NCBI GenBank assembly: GCA_043228905.1
Contig: JBHGNT010000394.1
Span: 1-28,778 of the forward strand
Source: Azolla caroliniana
Lineage: Eukaryota > Plantae > Polypodiophyta
Direction of reading: 5' to 3'
DNA: 28,778 nucleotides
The position numbers and the translations under genes are program-made. Shown piece after piece: positions 1 to 10,676 of the stretch. Each line of letters opens with the position of its first letter. Within the stretch, counting starts at the first letter, position 1. Below the pieces are notes generated by a model that saw nothing but the letters and a program-made list of their open reading frames with translations, was not told where the DNA came from and searched no databases.

Positions 1-910
1 ATCCGTTTATGTTTGTCACATCTCTAATGACATAAAAATGCACTATCTTTCTAGTGTGTCTAATGCAACATGTTGTAAATTATCGTTGTAATGTTTGGTT
101 GATTCCATTTTTTCAATATTCGTGTCGATTGGGAAGGGAAATGAGAAGGCATATGGTGCCCCACTGGTTGACAGCAACTAAGACATAGTTGAGTTATAAT
201 GTTGATCCTACTCACATGGCAACATTTTGGAAATGGCTATGGGCCATGCAAATTCAAAGAAGATTATTGTATTTAGATGGTTGCTTGTTCATTATGCGGT
301 TCCTGTTATGGTTTGGATGTATTGTCAAGATGTAAATAAGATGTGTGATTTGTGTGGGTTAGAAACAGAGTCTCTTGATTGTGTATTGTGGTCATATATG
401 GCAACTAAATTGGTTTGGAAAATGTTTTTTGTGTCTCTTGCATGAGATATATGGCTCTAGAGTATATAAATGGGGGCAATGATGTGGGCAGATATCAAGG
501 GTGAACGATAAGATTATGAAAAAGAAAATGTTAACTTTGCATTGTATACGAGAGGTCGATATGTCGCGGAAGTGTCGCTAGGTATGTCTATTAATTCAGT
601 ACAGGATTGTGTGGTTCGGGAGATGATTAGTTCAATAGTTTTATGGATTTTGTGGACTAGTAGATATCAAGGGATATTTCAAGAAATTCAGTGGAATGTT
701 GTGAATGTAGTCAAGGAGACTTGGTTGACTTTGGTGCATACACGGAAAGGAGAATATGATGCTATCAAGGGTGATTTAGATATAGTCTTTTGAAAGCAAG
801 AGGTTTTTAAGAAGAGATGGGAAATGATGAATGCCTTTTGCATGGTTAATGGTTGTATATGTTGGAGGTATCAGCCACCTCTCTAGGTATTTCCTCCATC
901 GACATGAGGC
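1..910 (+). mobile_element. Degenerate 3' end of a LINE (non-LTR retrotransposon) ORF2, running off the left edge
   Basis: ORF fragments 227-445 (FRWLLVHYAVPV..CDLCGLETESLDCVLWS, zf-RVT-like C-x2-C motif) and 542-793 (ISSIVLWILWTSRYQGIF). The terminal 'ICWRYQPP' reading near 858-882 parallels 'ITLWILWKQRCR' and 'IRWNYRVP' in the second LINE. Stops and frameshifts are present; boundaries are approximate. Confidence 0.7.
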
Positions 911-1910
911 ACTATTCATATATAATTAAAATCACTTTAGACATAATATAAACCATTGTTGGAAAATAATTATTATTATTATTATTGTGGAATTTCTCCT
1001 GGCTTTGAGATTTCCCATTAGTAATATTTATATATAATGCTAAAAAAATGTGTGATTGATTTCTTTTTTGGGACCATCATATATTACTTACTCGTGGGAA
1101 ACTTCACTTTGAGGTAAAAACCCACAAAAAATAAAGCATACAGAAAATATCAGTACGCGCTCAAAGTAAGGCTGAAATCTCAGTAGAGTGATTTCTTTTC
1201 CCAGTTTTGCAATAAGAAAAGGTAAACTTTCACTTTATAACATTAAAAACAAGAAAGATTACACTCCTTGTCTACCTTGGCACACCTAACCATTTCCATT
1301 CAATAAAACGGTAAATGGTGAGAAGTTGGCAATCATTAAATACTCTACCCAACCAGCATCTAACCAAAGAAAATTATCATGACGCAATATTATACGAGGT
1401 ATAACTTAATCAAGTGTCCATGGAAAAAGCACTTGGCCTAGTGTAAATAGTTCGTGGTACTTCAATACTGTAATCTATGTGTTTATTTAATTTGAGAGTA
1501 CATATTGCCTTTATATACATTATTTTCCTGTGTTGGGATGATTCATTTACACTTCATTCAGTTGCTTATCTATTTTCTTGGTGTAATAAACACGATGTTG
1601 GATAGGTCATTTAAATTTATGAGCGAATCCTAGATCATGCATGGTTGGCCACGACATTGTTACATTTGGGTAGATATACATTTAGGAGACATCAAAGCAA
1701 TATTCTCAACTACCTCACATCCGTAGCATACATATATTGACGTATCTTCCATTAGGATGAATTCAAGATCAAGCATTTGTAGATGTTAAGTTCTCTCCAC
1801 AAACTTTGTAACCTAGTGTTCAAAGCATATTCTTAGTAAATCAATATAGTCTACAACATAATCCAATTTCATTTCAAATTCTTTGAGAAACCCTACAAGT
1901 TTATCATCCC

Positions 1911-4130
1911 ATGGAGTTTCTAAGGAACATAGATATGATGGTTTCATCATTGCTTTCAATCCCTCGAGAGATTATGATACCGGTGAGCCTAATCATTACC
2001 ATGTTTTTATGGTGGTTGTTTGGCCCTCCACGTGCCCTACCTTTCATAGGGACAGCAATCCCCTTGTTTCGAAACATCCACCGATTGCATGACTTTGTAG
2101 CCGAGATAATGTACGATGAAGATGACCTAACGTTCTCAACCAAAATCTTCGGGATGGAGTTCCACACTACGGCTGACCCACTCGTCATAGAGCACATGCT
2201 GAAGACCAACTTTCCCAACTATAGCAAAGGCTTTAGGTTTCACATGGTCATGGAAGACATGTTAGGGGACAGCATCTTTAATACGGACGGAGACCAATGG
2301 AAGTTCCAAAGGAAGATGACAATCAATGGCTTCTCGGCACATTCTCTTAAGACCTTCATCCTCCGCACTGTCCAGAATGAGGTCACGAATCGCCTTGTCC
2401 CAGTCTTGAAAGAAGCATGCTCATCGTCTCCGGCAATGAGTATAGATTTACAAGACATCTTTATGAAATTTGCTTTTGATAATGTGTGCCAAGTGACCCT
2501 GGGTGTAGACCCAGCCTGTCTAGACTTGTCTTTAGAGAATGGGCCTCTAGTGCAGGCGTTTGATGACGCCTCGGAGCTCATCCTCAAGAGGTTCTTCTTG
2601 CCCAACTGGCTATGGAAGTTCGCCAGGGCCATGAATGTGGGCCCCGAGAGGAAGCTCTCCGAAGCCCTACATGTGGTGCATAGCTTCGCCATGAATGTGA
2701 TCGCAAGGCGGAAAAAAGAACACCTGATGAAGGATAGGCAAGAAGCATGTGATCTTTTATCAAGATTAATGAGTATGGTGCAATTCAATGAGACAGATAA
2801 GAAAGTGGGAGAAGACAAGAAGCAATATGCTGGTGATTACGAGAAGCTATATCTGTCAGAGGATCGGAAGAAAGATGAGTTCCTTCGTGACACTAGCATT
2901 AGCTTCATGGTAGCTGGGAGGGATTCCTCCTCTGTTGGGTTGACTTGGTTCTTCTGGTTGCTTATCAAACACCCTCATATAGAAGAAAAAATCTATGACG
3001 AGGTAACTAGAGTGCTGCAAATGCGGAAGAAGCCTTCCCTGGAGGAGTCGGCAAAGAAGAAGAAGAATCACAGTGCAAAAATAGCTCCTGATCCCTGCGA
3101 TGGTCTTCATGGCCATGTGGAATCGAAGAAGATGATGATGGTAACAGAGCCTGGTCAAGATGGTGAACAAGGTAAGCAATGTAAGCAAGATGAGGTGAAG
3201 TTTGGTCATAGGGTTCATTTGGATATGGTGCATGAATTTGGTCAAGCAAACCATGTAGAAGATGAGAAGGAGTGTGGCCAAGTCAAGAAGCATATAATTA
3301 TTGAGGATGAGTGTAGTCAAGCCTTGTATGGTCAAGGTATGTATGTGGGTGGGGAGAAATCAGGCCAAGCTAAGAATGGCCATTTTGAGCATGATTTAGC
3401 TGGGGATAAGTTTGGTGATGAGTCCACGCAAGTTAAGCGAAGTGAGAAGTCTAGTGTGAATGAATATGATGGAGTGTACAACATTGGTCAAGAGCATAGT
3501 CAAGATATGCAAAGTGAAGACGAGGAAGAAGAGGAAGAAGAGTTCACATATGATGAGCTGAAGGGGATGACTTATCTCCATGCTGCCATACACGAAGGGC
3601 TAAGATTGTATCCTCCCGTGCCTCATGACATAAAGCTCGTGGAGGAGGCGGATGTGCTACCCAACGGGACCAAAGTCGCCAAGAAAACACACCTGATATA
3701 CAATGCGTATGCCGTGGCACGAATGGACAAAATATGGGGCTCCGACTGCCATGAGTTCAAACCTGAACGATGGCTCGAAAAGACTGACACAATCGCGGGT
3801 GACGAGGACAATGTAGGCACGTTTGTGCAAGTAAGTCCATACAAGTTCCCGGTGTTCCAAGGGGGCCCGCGCACATGTATAGGTAAGGATATGGCCATCC
3901 TCCAGATGAAGTGTGCGGCAGCTGCCATCATCCGCCGCTTCCGAATCTCGCTCGCCCACCCAGACTTCGAACCCTACTATGGCATTGCCATCACTCTCAA
4001 AATGTTGGAGGGACTTCCTGTCAATGTCCGTCGCCGCTCCTCTTCTTCAACTTCCATGTTACCCATGACCAAAACTAGCGAGGTCAATGTCAAGGCTAGG
4101 CGATCTATAAACTTCCCTAGGATCCCTTAG
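1911..4130 (+). CDS. Cytochrome P450, CYP86 clan (CYP94-like putative fatty-acid/oxylipin hydroxylase), intronless, 739 aa
   Basis: N-terminal hydrophobic anchor plus GPPRALPFIG; KTNFPNYSKG; LGDSIFNTDGDQWKFQRK; FAFDNVCQVTLGVDPACL; I-helix AGRDSSSVGLTWFFWLL; K-helix EGLRLYPPVP; FKPERW; heme motif FQGGPRTCIG. Family level (CYP94 versus a related family) is inferred from motif style. Confidence 0.93.
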   Translation: MEFLRNIDMMVSSLLSIPREIMIPVSLIITMFLWWLFGPPRALPFIGTAIPLFRNIHRLHDFVAEIMYDEDDLTFSTKIFGMEFHTTADPLVIEHMLKTNFPNYSKGFRFHMVMEDMLGDSIFNTDGDQWKFQRKMTINGFSAHSLKTFILRTVQNEVTNRLVPVLKEACSSSPAMSIDLQDIFMKFAFDNVCQVTLGVDPACLDLSLENGPLVQAFDDASELILKRFFLPNWLWKFARAMNVGPERKLSEALHVVHSFAMNVIARRKKEHLMKDRQEACDLLSRLMSMVQFNETDKKVGEDKKQYAGDYEKLYLSEDRKKDEFLRDTSISFMVAGRDSSSVGLTWFFWLLIKHPHIEEKIYDEVTRVLQMRKKPSLEESAKKKKNHSAKIAPDPCDGLHGHVESKKMMMVTEPGQDGEQGKQCKQDEVKFGHRVHLDMVHEFGQANHVEDEKECGQVKKHIIIEDECSQALYGQGMYVGGEKSGQAKNGHFEHDLAGDKFGDESTQVKRSEKSSVNEYDGVYNIGQEHSQDMQSEDEEEEEEEFTYDELKGMTYLHAAIHEGLRLYPPVPHDIKLVEEADVLPNGTKVAKKTHLIYNAYAVARMDKIWGSDCHEFKPERWLEKTDTIAGDEDNVGTFVQVSPYKFPVFQGGPRTCIGKDMAILQMKCAAAAIIRRFRISLAHPDFEPYYGIAITLKMLEGLPVNVRRRSSSSTSMLPMTKTSEVNVKARRSINFPRIP

Positions 4131-4167
4131 AGCACACCAACTTTAAGTTTGCACGCATACTCCAAAA

Positions 4168-4185
4168 CTCTCTCTCTCTCTCTCT
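4168..4185. repeat. (CT)9 microsatellite just downstream of the P450 stop
   Basis: Read directly. Confidence 0.9.
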
Positions 4186-4566
4186 AAGATCGCTATTAGG
4201 GTTCTTCCAATGAAACTTAAGGAAAATCTTTAAATGTCGCTAGCCTCGGACAAGATCCCTTGAAGTTAACATTTATGTGTTGTCTAAATTTCGCGAATAT
4301 TCATTTGGCCTCCTCAAATTTAACTTATGCTCTATCCCTTGCATGCCCTTTTGTTGGATAAAGAATTCCATTCAGCTCTTTTTATAAGCCTCTTTGTTTT
4401 TTTACTAGTACTCCCACCCTAAAGTGACACTCCTATTTGTATTAGCACAATCTAAAGAGACTGTCCTATTTTGTATCACTAACTCATAAAGAGGCAATCT
4501 AATGAGCCTTATTTGAAAAGTTTTTGTAAAATTTGTATGTTTTATTTTTTATGAGTAACTGTAAAA

Positions 4567-4569
<3 letters not shown>

Positions 4570-4599
<30 letters not shown>
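4570..4599. repeat. (CT)15 microsatellite
   Basis: Read directly. Confidence 0.95.
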
Positions 4600-4602
<3 letters not shown>

Positions 4603-6149
4603 GGGTGTTTTGCTTTTTATTATATTGGGCACATTAATTTACAAAGTCATGAAGCCATAATTTGTGTATTGATTTATTGGGCATCAAGCAATATCTTGGT
4701 CTGCTACATCATTGTTTCTTAGAGAAATGTCTTCTCAATAGAATCTGGTATCTAATTCAGCTTGACTAGTAGTGGCATGCCTTAATTCAAATTTTCTTGG
4801 AGAATGGATTTTTTATTACTATAATAATTCCAAGTCCCTCGAAAAGGAACTTCACACATGCCCCATCATTTCATTCCTTGTTGCTTTCTCCTAATGAGTC
4901 CTAGCTTTATTTCAGATATTTTTCTCGAACTTAACTAATTGATAATTGTTGATTTGACATATTGATGTGAAAATGACAAATTAATGCACTCCTACTAATT
5001 ACATTGAGAACAATAAAACAAACAAAATTAATGATCTTACATGGGCTCCACATTATACGTCAAAGGCAAACTCGGTTCCTTTATTGACATACTAGGAGTA
5101 TATCTAATCAAGTATTCATAAAGAATATTTTCTTCTTTAGGTAAAATCATGATGTAGACATGCATGGACATTCAATCTACACAAAGAAAATTGACATGCT
5201 ATGATTGGGTCGTTGCATATGAGTTATCTTGAGTATCTCCTATGTATAAGTGTTTCTCAACTTGACATTACTCTTGATAGACAACCATCAATTATAGATG
5301 TCCAACTACCCTTGTAATCTCTCAATGCGTCAACTGGTGGATACGAATTTATAGGTTAAAAAAACAATGACAAATTCTAGGGTCTATTGTTCTCCGATTA
5401 CAAAGAACTTTGTCAAAAATAGGAATGTGATGAGACTCGCGATCATTGAAGTGGTAGGTAGACTTGAGTACTTTATCAACCTCTAAATGCCTTGGCTTTA
5501 TCGCATTTTATATCTATTTATTGCCTTAATCATAATTTGACCTTAATGTTTTCAATACAAACTTTAGGGGGTCAATATCTAAATGTTCACAAACACTAGT
5601 ACCTATTCTAATATTGACAAACTATTTACCAACGGATTCTTGTCTATGGGTGATTTTTATTGATAAAATCAATCCACAAAGTGTTCTGATTTTCACCAAT
5701 GTGCTACATAGGAGCCCATCTAAAGAGTAGAGATCCAATTGTACCAAGTCAAATTGTCAATGTAAAAAAAGTAGGTTTTCTACATGGCTTAAATAATTCA
5801 ACAATTTAGATTAAATGGACATATGAATGAAAATATCCTAGCCAAGAAATATCTTTTCAATAACAACATTTTTTCTTTCACATAAAAATTCAAAGTAATG
5901 CATTGGTCAAAGCTTGCAAGAGAACATGATTTCCAAGTGCATCCATTTAATTTTTTATAGAATGTATGCGTTTGATCACCCAAAAGACGTTTTTTGGACA
6001 GTGTGTAATGAATCTAGTTTAATCATATTAACAATAGAATATTGCAATCCTCTTGTTCCCCATAGCCCCCTCATAAATCGAAGAGAACTTTTAATTAGTG
6101 CCTTTGAATAAGAGACCAAGGTGGACAACGAGATCTATCTTGAGTAAAA

Positions 6150-6318
6150 TTCAATATGGCCTCACAATACACCATTGCATATACCTAATATACCCACAAA
6201 TTCCCAAATCTCACTCTTTGGGATGTCATATCACATCAATTTCAATATGGCCTCACAATACACCATTGGATACACCTAACATACACATAAATACCCAAAT
6301 CTCACTCTTTGGCATGCC
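6150..6318. repeat. Two-copy direct repeat, 92-bp period
   Basis: tcaatatggcctcacaatacaccattg...cccaaatctcactctttgg at 6151 and 6243. Confidence 0.85.
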
Positions 6319-7812
6319 TTATAACATCGTGCTTCATTCATACTATGCTTTTGCATCTTTATCCACGACCTCTAGAAATTGTTATGTGTTGATATTGCAT
6401 TGGGACGTTACTATTTGGAGTCTCACAAAATGTCAAACCATAGCCATTACATAGAAATCAAGAGAGTTATCATCATTTAATAAATCAATAAACTCATCAC
6501 ACATACTTCATCAATTCTCATAAACCATTCTAAATTTGTCAATTTACTAAATGAGAAGTTTGAAAATTTTGAAATCCCACACTCCACTCATCAATATGTT
6601 TCGGACTTTGATGACTATATCTTTCCTCTAACTTATGCATCATGTTTTCAAGAAGCTAGCAACACATGTTCTTAGTACTTAGTCTAGACTCTAGAGCACA
6701 AGATTTTGTTTTAGCATGTTGAAAACTTATGGTTAATGGATTAAAATTTAACACCCTTGTGTACAAATAGCAAACAAGGCCATCTTTAATGAATACAAAA
6801 CCTTCTAAACTCAAATTATAATCTCCTATAAAGGATTGAAAACCATTCTTTTAGTAGATCTTCAAGAACCCGAAAGCTTTGAGTTAATTTTTTAGTGTGT
6901 AGTAGAGCTTTAAATATTTTGTAGAGGGGATATTTGGCCAAAATAGTTCTCCTTTCCCATAAGCTAATAAAAGTATCCCTTAAAATTCATCCTTTATCAC
7001 AAGCTCTCAGAATACAAAATAACACCTCAAACCTAATAGCGTGCATGTGCACACACACATGGAGAAATACTGATACAAGAGAATTTGATAACATTGACTT
7101 TTTAATGATGTTTCCCATTTTGTAAAACAACCATACGTAGGATTGTAATGCATTATGGTTCATTATGCATTCTAGAATCATAATCCACACATTTATGGTT
7201 GCACATTGGAGTACTTCTCAACTTTAAATACATGCAATTCTTGATTCCTCCATGACAATAAAACACCTCATTTTGACAATGAATTGAGCTCATTCTTAGA
7301 TTCATCGATAGCTTTTTCCAAGCATACTTACAAACATGGTGGTTTGTGAATCAGGCCTTGAAGTTTCCTCTACCACTTATCTCCTGGACCTCACTCCACT
7401 TTGATAGTAAAACCTTCTTCTTCTTTTTTTCTTCTTTTTTTCCAAAAAAAACTCCTTCCATTAGTTATAAAATTTTACAAATGAGACGATTATGTACAAA
7501 TCCCTATAGGGACGCGATAGTTCCATCTTATGTGGATGCCCACTGACTCAAATAAGGGAGAGGACAACCATTGTTGGATGAAGGCTATTCATTGTCTTTC
7601 AACTCCATCGGAGCCGCCCTTAAGGCCATCATATTGTCTCTTTAAAGTGGCTACAACTTCACTCCATATCTCTTGCAATAACCTTGTTGGATGTGCGGTT
7701 TGGTTGGAGAAGACTCACCTACATCGTTGTTTCCATAGAATCCAAAGAGTTATTGGGTTGACCAATTCCAAAACCTCTTGAGATTTGTCATTAAGAGGAG
7801 TGGAGTGGACAT

Positions 7813-8548
7813 TGTTGGGATTTCGGTCCCTCCAGATGGGATGTCCGGAGATGAATGACGGCAAGCCCGGTTGCGGTTACGGAGCCGGATGACGAAGACC
7901 TTGGCTACGGAGCCGGATGATGAATACCCCGGCTACGGAGCCGGATGATGAAGACCCCGGTTACGGAGCCGGATGCTGAAGACCCTGGCTACGGAGCCGG
8001 ATGATGAATACCCCGGCTACGGAGCCGGATGATGAAGACCCCGGTTACGGAGCCGGATGATGAAGACCCCGGTTACGGAGCCGGATGACGAATGTACCCG
8101 GAGAGAGATCCGGATGCGGGGACATATTTGTGAATATGTTTGCCAAGAGCCCTTGAGGCTATATTTGTAAATAGCCCGAAAGTCATATGTGTATAAATAT
8201 GACTTAGGGCAAACAGTTTGATGTTGTTGCTCATTTTCATGAGAAGTGAGAGCAGCCGAGAGCGAGTGAGAGAGAAGGAGGAAGGAAGAGGTCGACGCCT
8301 CTGTGTATTACCGCCGCCTGTGGCGAAGACAGTGAGCTCAAGGTTGTTGCCTTGTAGCTTCACCATTGTACATCCCTGTTCATAGTGATAGTTGGAGTTT
8401 GAGGACTCCCGTGGTTTTTCCCATTTAGGGTTTTCCACGTAAAACACTCTGTGTACTTTTCTCTCTATTGTCTTCGTGAATTTTGTATTTCCTGTTTTCT
8501 GGAGTTGATCCTATTCCTCGGTTGTGGCCGAGTGGTGGTTTTTCAACA
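7813..8548 (+). mobile_element. Solo LTR (736 bp, probably Ty1/copia type) inserted in the LINE
   Basis: Termini TGTTG...CAACA; perfect 5-bp TSD GACAT at 7808-7812 and 8549-8553; TATAAAT at 8192 followed by a GA-rich tract; gtggtttttccc..gggttttccacgtaaaa motif of the kind common in plant copia LTRs; LINE coding remnants on both sides; no internal domain. Confidence 0.9.
7875..8100. repeat. 28-bp GC-rich tandem minisatellite, 8 copies (ggYtacggagccggatgatgaaKacccc), in the LTR U3 region
   Basis: tacggagcc begins at 7878, 7906, 7934, 7962, 7990, 8018, 8046 and 8074. Confidence 0.95.
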
Positions 8549-8654
8549 GACATTGCCCCTAGAGGAGAAAAATACCTCTTGTGCTTTTATCACCAAAGTC
8601 ATCCCCTCCTCTTAATGCTCGTATCTGCCAACTGCGGTCTGCCATGATAGTCAA

Positions 8655-8899
8655 CATATATTTCCCCACTTGATTGAGCCTTGCACCTGGCATAATTGCA
8701 ACAAGCGGCCAACCCCCCGCCATATTCGATGGGACGTTGGGTAGTCCCATAGAGCGTGTCGTATTGATTCTACTGCATATATTTCCCCACTTGATTGAGC
8801 CTTGCACCTGGCATAATTGTAACAAGTGGCCAACCCCTCGCCATATTCGATGGGACGTTGGGCAGTCCCATAAAGCGTGTCGTATTGATTCTACTGCAT
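8655..8899. repeat. 121-bp tandem duplication inside LINE ORF2 (zf-RVT region)
   Basis: catatatttccccacttgattgagcc at 8655 and 8776; AVESIRHALWD appears in two different frames; 'cat' microhomology at the ends. Confidence 0.92.
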
Positions 8900-9472
8900 G
8901 TGGGCACTCTACACAATTAGGAGAGCTAAGGTTCCCACGTTGCCATGCTCCCACCGGTAGGGACTTATGTATTAATAGCCATTAGAACGTGGTAATTCGC
9001 CTCACGTGTTGTTGTTTCCAGATTTTCCGCCAAAACTTGGTGATTATTGTGGGAGGAACTTGAAATGTGTGCCAGACCTTTGCAACAGCTAACTCTCGGG
9101 CGGTTTGACCAGCTAGAATGTGGTGACCCAATCTAGTTGTGAATTGGAATAAAGGGATGGGTTTGCTTCCTTGCCCCGCGTAGGGATCACGCCATGTCCA
9201 TTGCAAAAGGTCCCAACTGATCTTACGTTGTCGTGATGTGGCATGCTCGAGAGTGGGAAAAACCGCCGAAAGGGGGGGTCAAAAATGTGCATGTGCAATG
9301 TGTGTGCACACAAAGCGATTAGTTGTGCATATGCAAAATAAAAGGGAAAAGAAAGAGTAGAAAGGATACATAGAAGCCCGTGCAAAAAGTAAGAGAGAAG
9401 AGAGATAAAATGCAGAGGAGACACAGACTAAGAAGTTATAGAGATAGAATTATATGTTGTTAAAGTGAGAGT

Positions 9473-9533
9473 TAGTGGGTTAGTGGATAGTGACATTGAC
9501 TACTAGTTAGAGGTACATGGTTCAAATCTAGGC
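9473..9533 (+). promoter_or_regulatory. tRNA-derived (SINE-head-like) Pol III A-box/B-box pair
   Basis: A-box-like tgggttagtgg 9476-9486 and B-box-like ggttcaaatct 9519-9529 at tRNA-like spacing; no complete cloverleaf could be drawn. Confidence 0.45.
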
Positions 9534-10085
9534 TTACAATGTAGTGTGATTTAAGGAATTTTATTCCTTTTTCATTTAGACAAATTTGGCGACCCCCCCT
9601 TCTTTTTTCCTATAAAAGGAGGTCGAGGGGGGCTCATTCGGGAAGACGTTTTGGGAGGAGGAGACTATCGCCAATTTTCCTTCGAAGCTCTTCATCTTTT
9701 TATTCATCACTTCTCTTCATCTCATACCCCTTCATCCCCCCATCGCCACGTGTTCGTCTTCTTCGTGTCGGCACTCGAAGTGCTCGTGAGCCCAAGTTTC
9801 ATTGGCTCGACGTTGCTCCGCCCTGTTCGTCATTGCGAGCCCGTGTGCTCGCCATTCGGGTGGTCGTGGTTCGTTCTCGTGTGTTCATCTTCGCCATGTT
9901 CGGATTTGCTTTTGTCTCTAAGGGCATTTAATATTTATGTTTTGATTGAGCTTGTGGTTAACTATAAGTTGCCATTGTAAACAAAACCCTATTTTATAAA
10001 GGGTCCTCTTGCGTTGGAATCAAACACGTATTTATCTCTTTGGTCGATATCATTCGTGTTTCTTTCTCTCCTTCTTTCTTTATTC

Positions 10086-10676
10086 GTGTCTTCCTTGTAC
10101 GTTTGGTCGTCTTGTGACGAGGGAGCGTTTCGGGCATGCCCATGCACCTCTCCTCCTCATAAAGACGTACGAGCATTTGTGCGTGTGTTTGTGTCTTTCG
10201 TGTACGTTCGACCGTCTTGTGACGAGGGACCGTTTCGGGCTTGCCCATGCACCTCTCCTCCTCATAAAGGCGTACAAGCATTTTGTGTGTGTGTTTGTGT
10301 CTTTCTTGTACGTTCGGTCGTCTTGTGACGAGGGGACCGTTCGGGCTTGCCCATGCACCCTCCTCCTCATAAAGGCGTACGAGCATTTGTGTGTGTGTTT
10401 GTGTCTTCCTTGTACGTTCGGCCATCTTGTGACGAGGGAGCGTTTCGGGCATGCCCATGCACCTCTCCTCCTCATAAAGACGTACGAGCATTTGTGTGTG
10501 TGTTTGTGTCTTCCTTGTACGTTCGGCCGACTTGTGACGAGGGAGCGTTTCGGGCTTGCCCATGCACCTCTCCTCCTCATAAAGACGTACGAGCATTTGT
10601 GTGTGTGTTTGTGTCTTCCTTGTACGTTCGGCCGACTTGTGACGAGGGAGCGTTTCGGGCTTGCCCATGCACCTCT
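10086..10676. repeat. 105-bp tandem array, ~5.6 copies
   Basis: Unit starts (gtgtcttYc) at 10086, 10191, 10297, 10401, 10506, 10611; copies are near-identical. Confidence 0.96.

Noticed and set aside
1883-3959. Overlapping/antisense ORFs within the P450
   Set aside because: Shadow frames of a real CDS; no domains.
7875-8100. 28-bp repeats as a CRISPR array or hammerhead array
   Set aside because: Head-to-tail with no unique spacers, eukaryotic LTR context; ATGATGA is present but there is no GAAA box.
9473-9540. Functional tRNA gene
   Set aside because: A/B boxes are present but no convincing acceptor or anticodon stems.
10086-10676. 105-bp array as CRISPR
   Set aside because: Whole units are near-identical, with no variable spacers and no cas genes.
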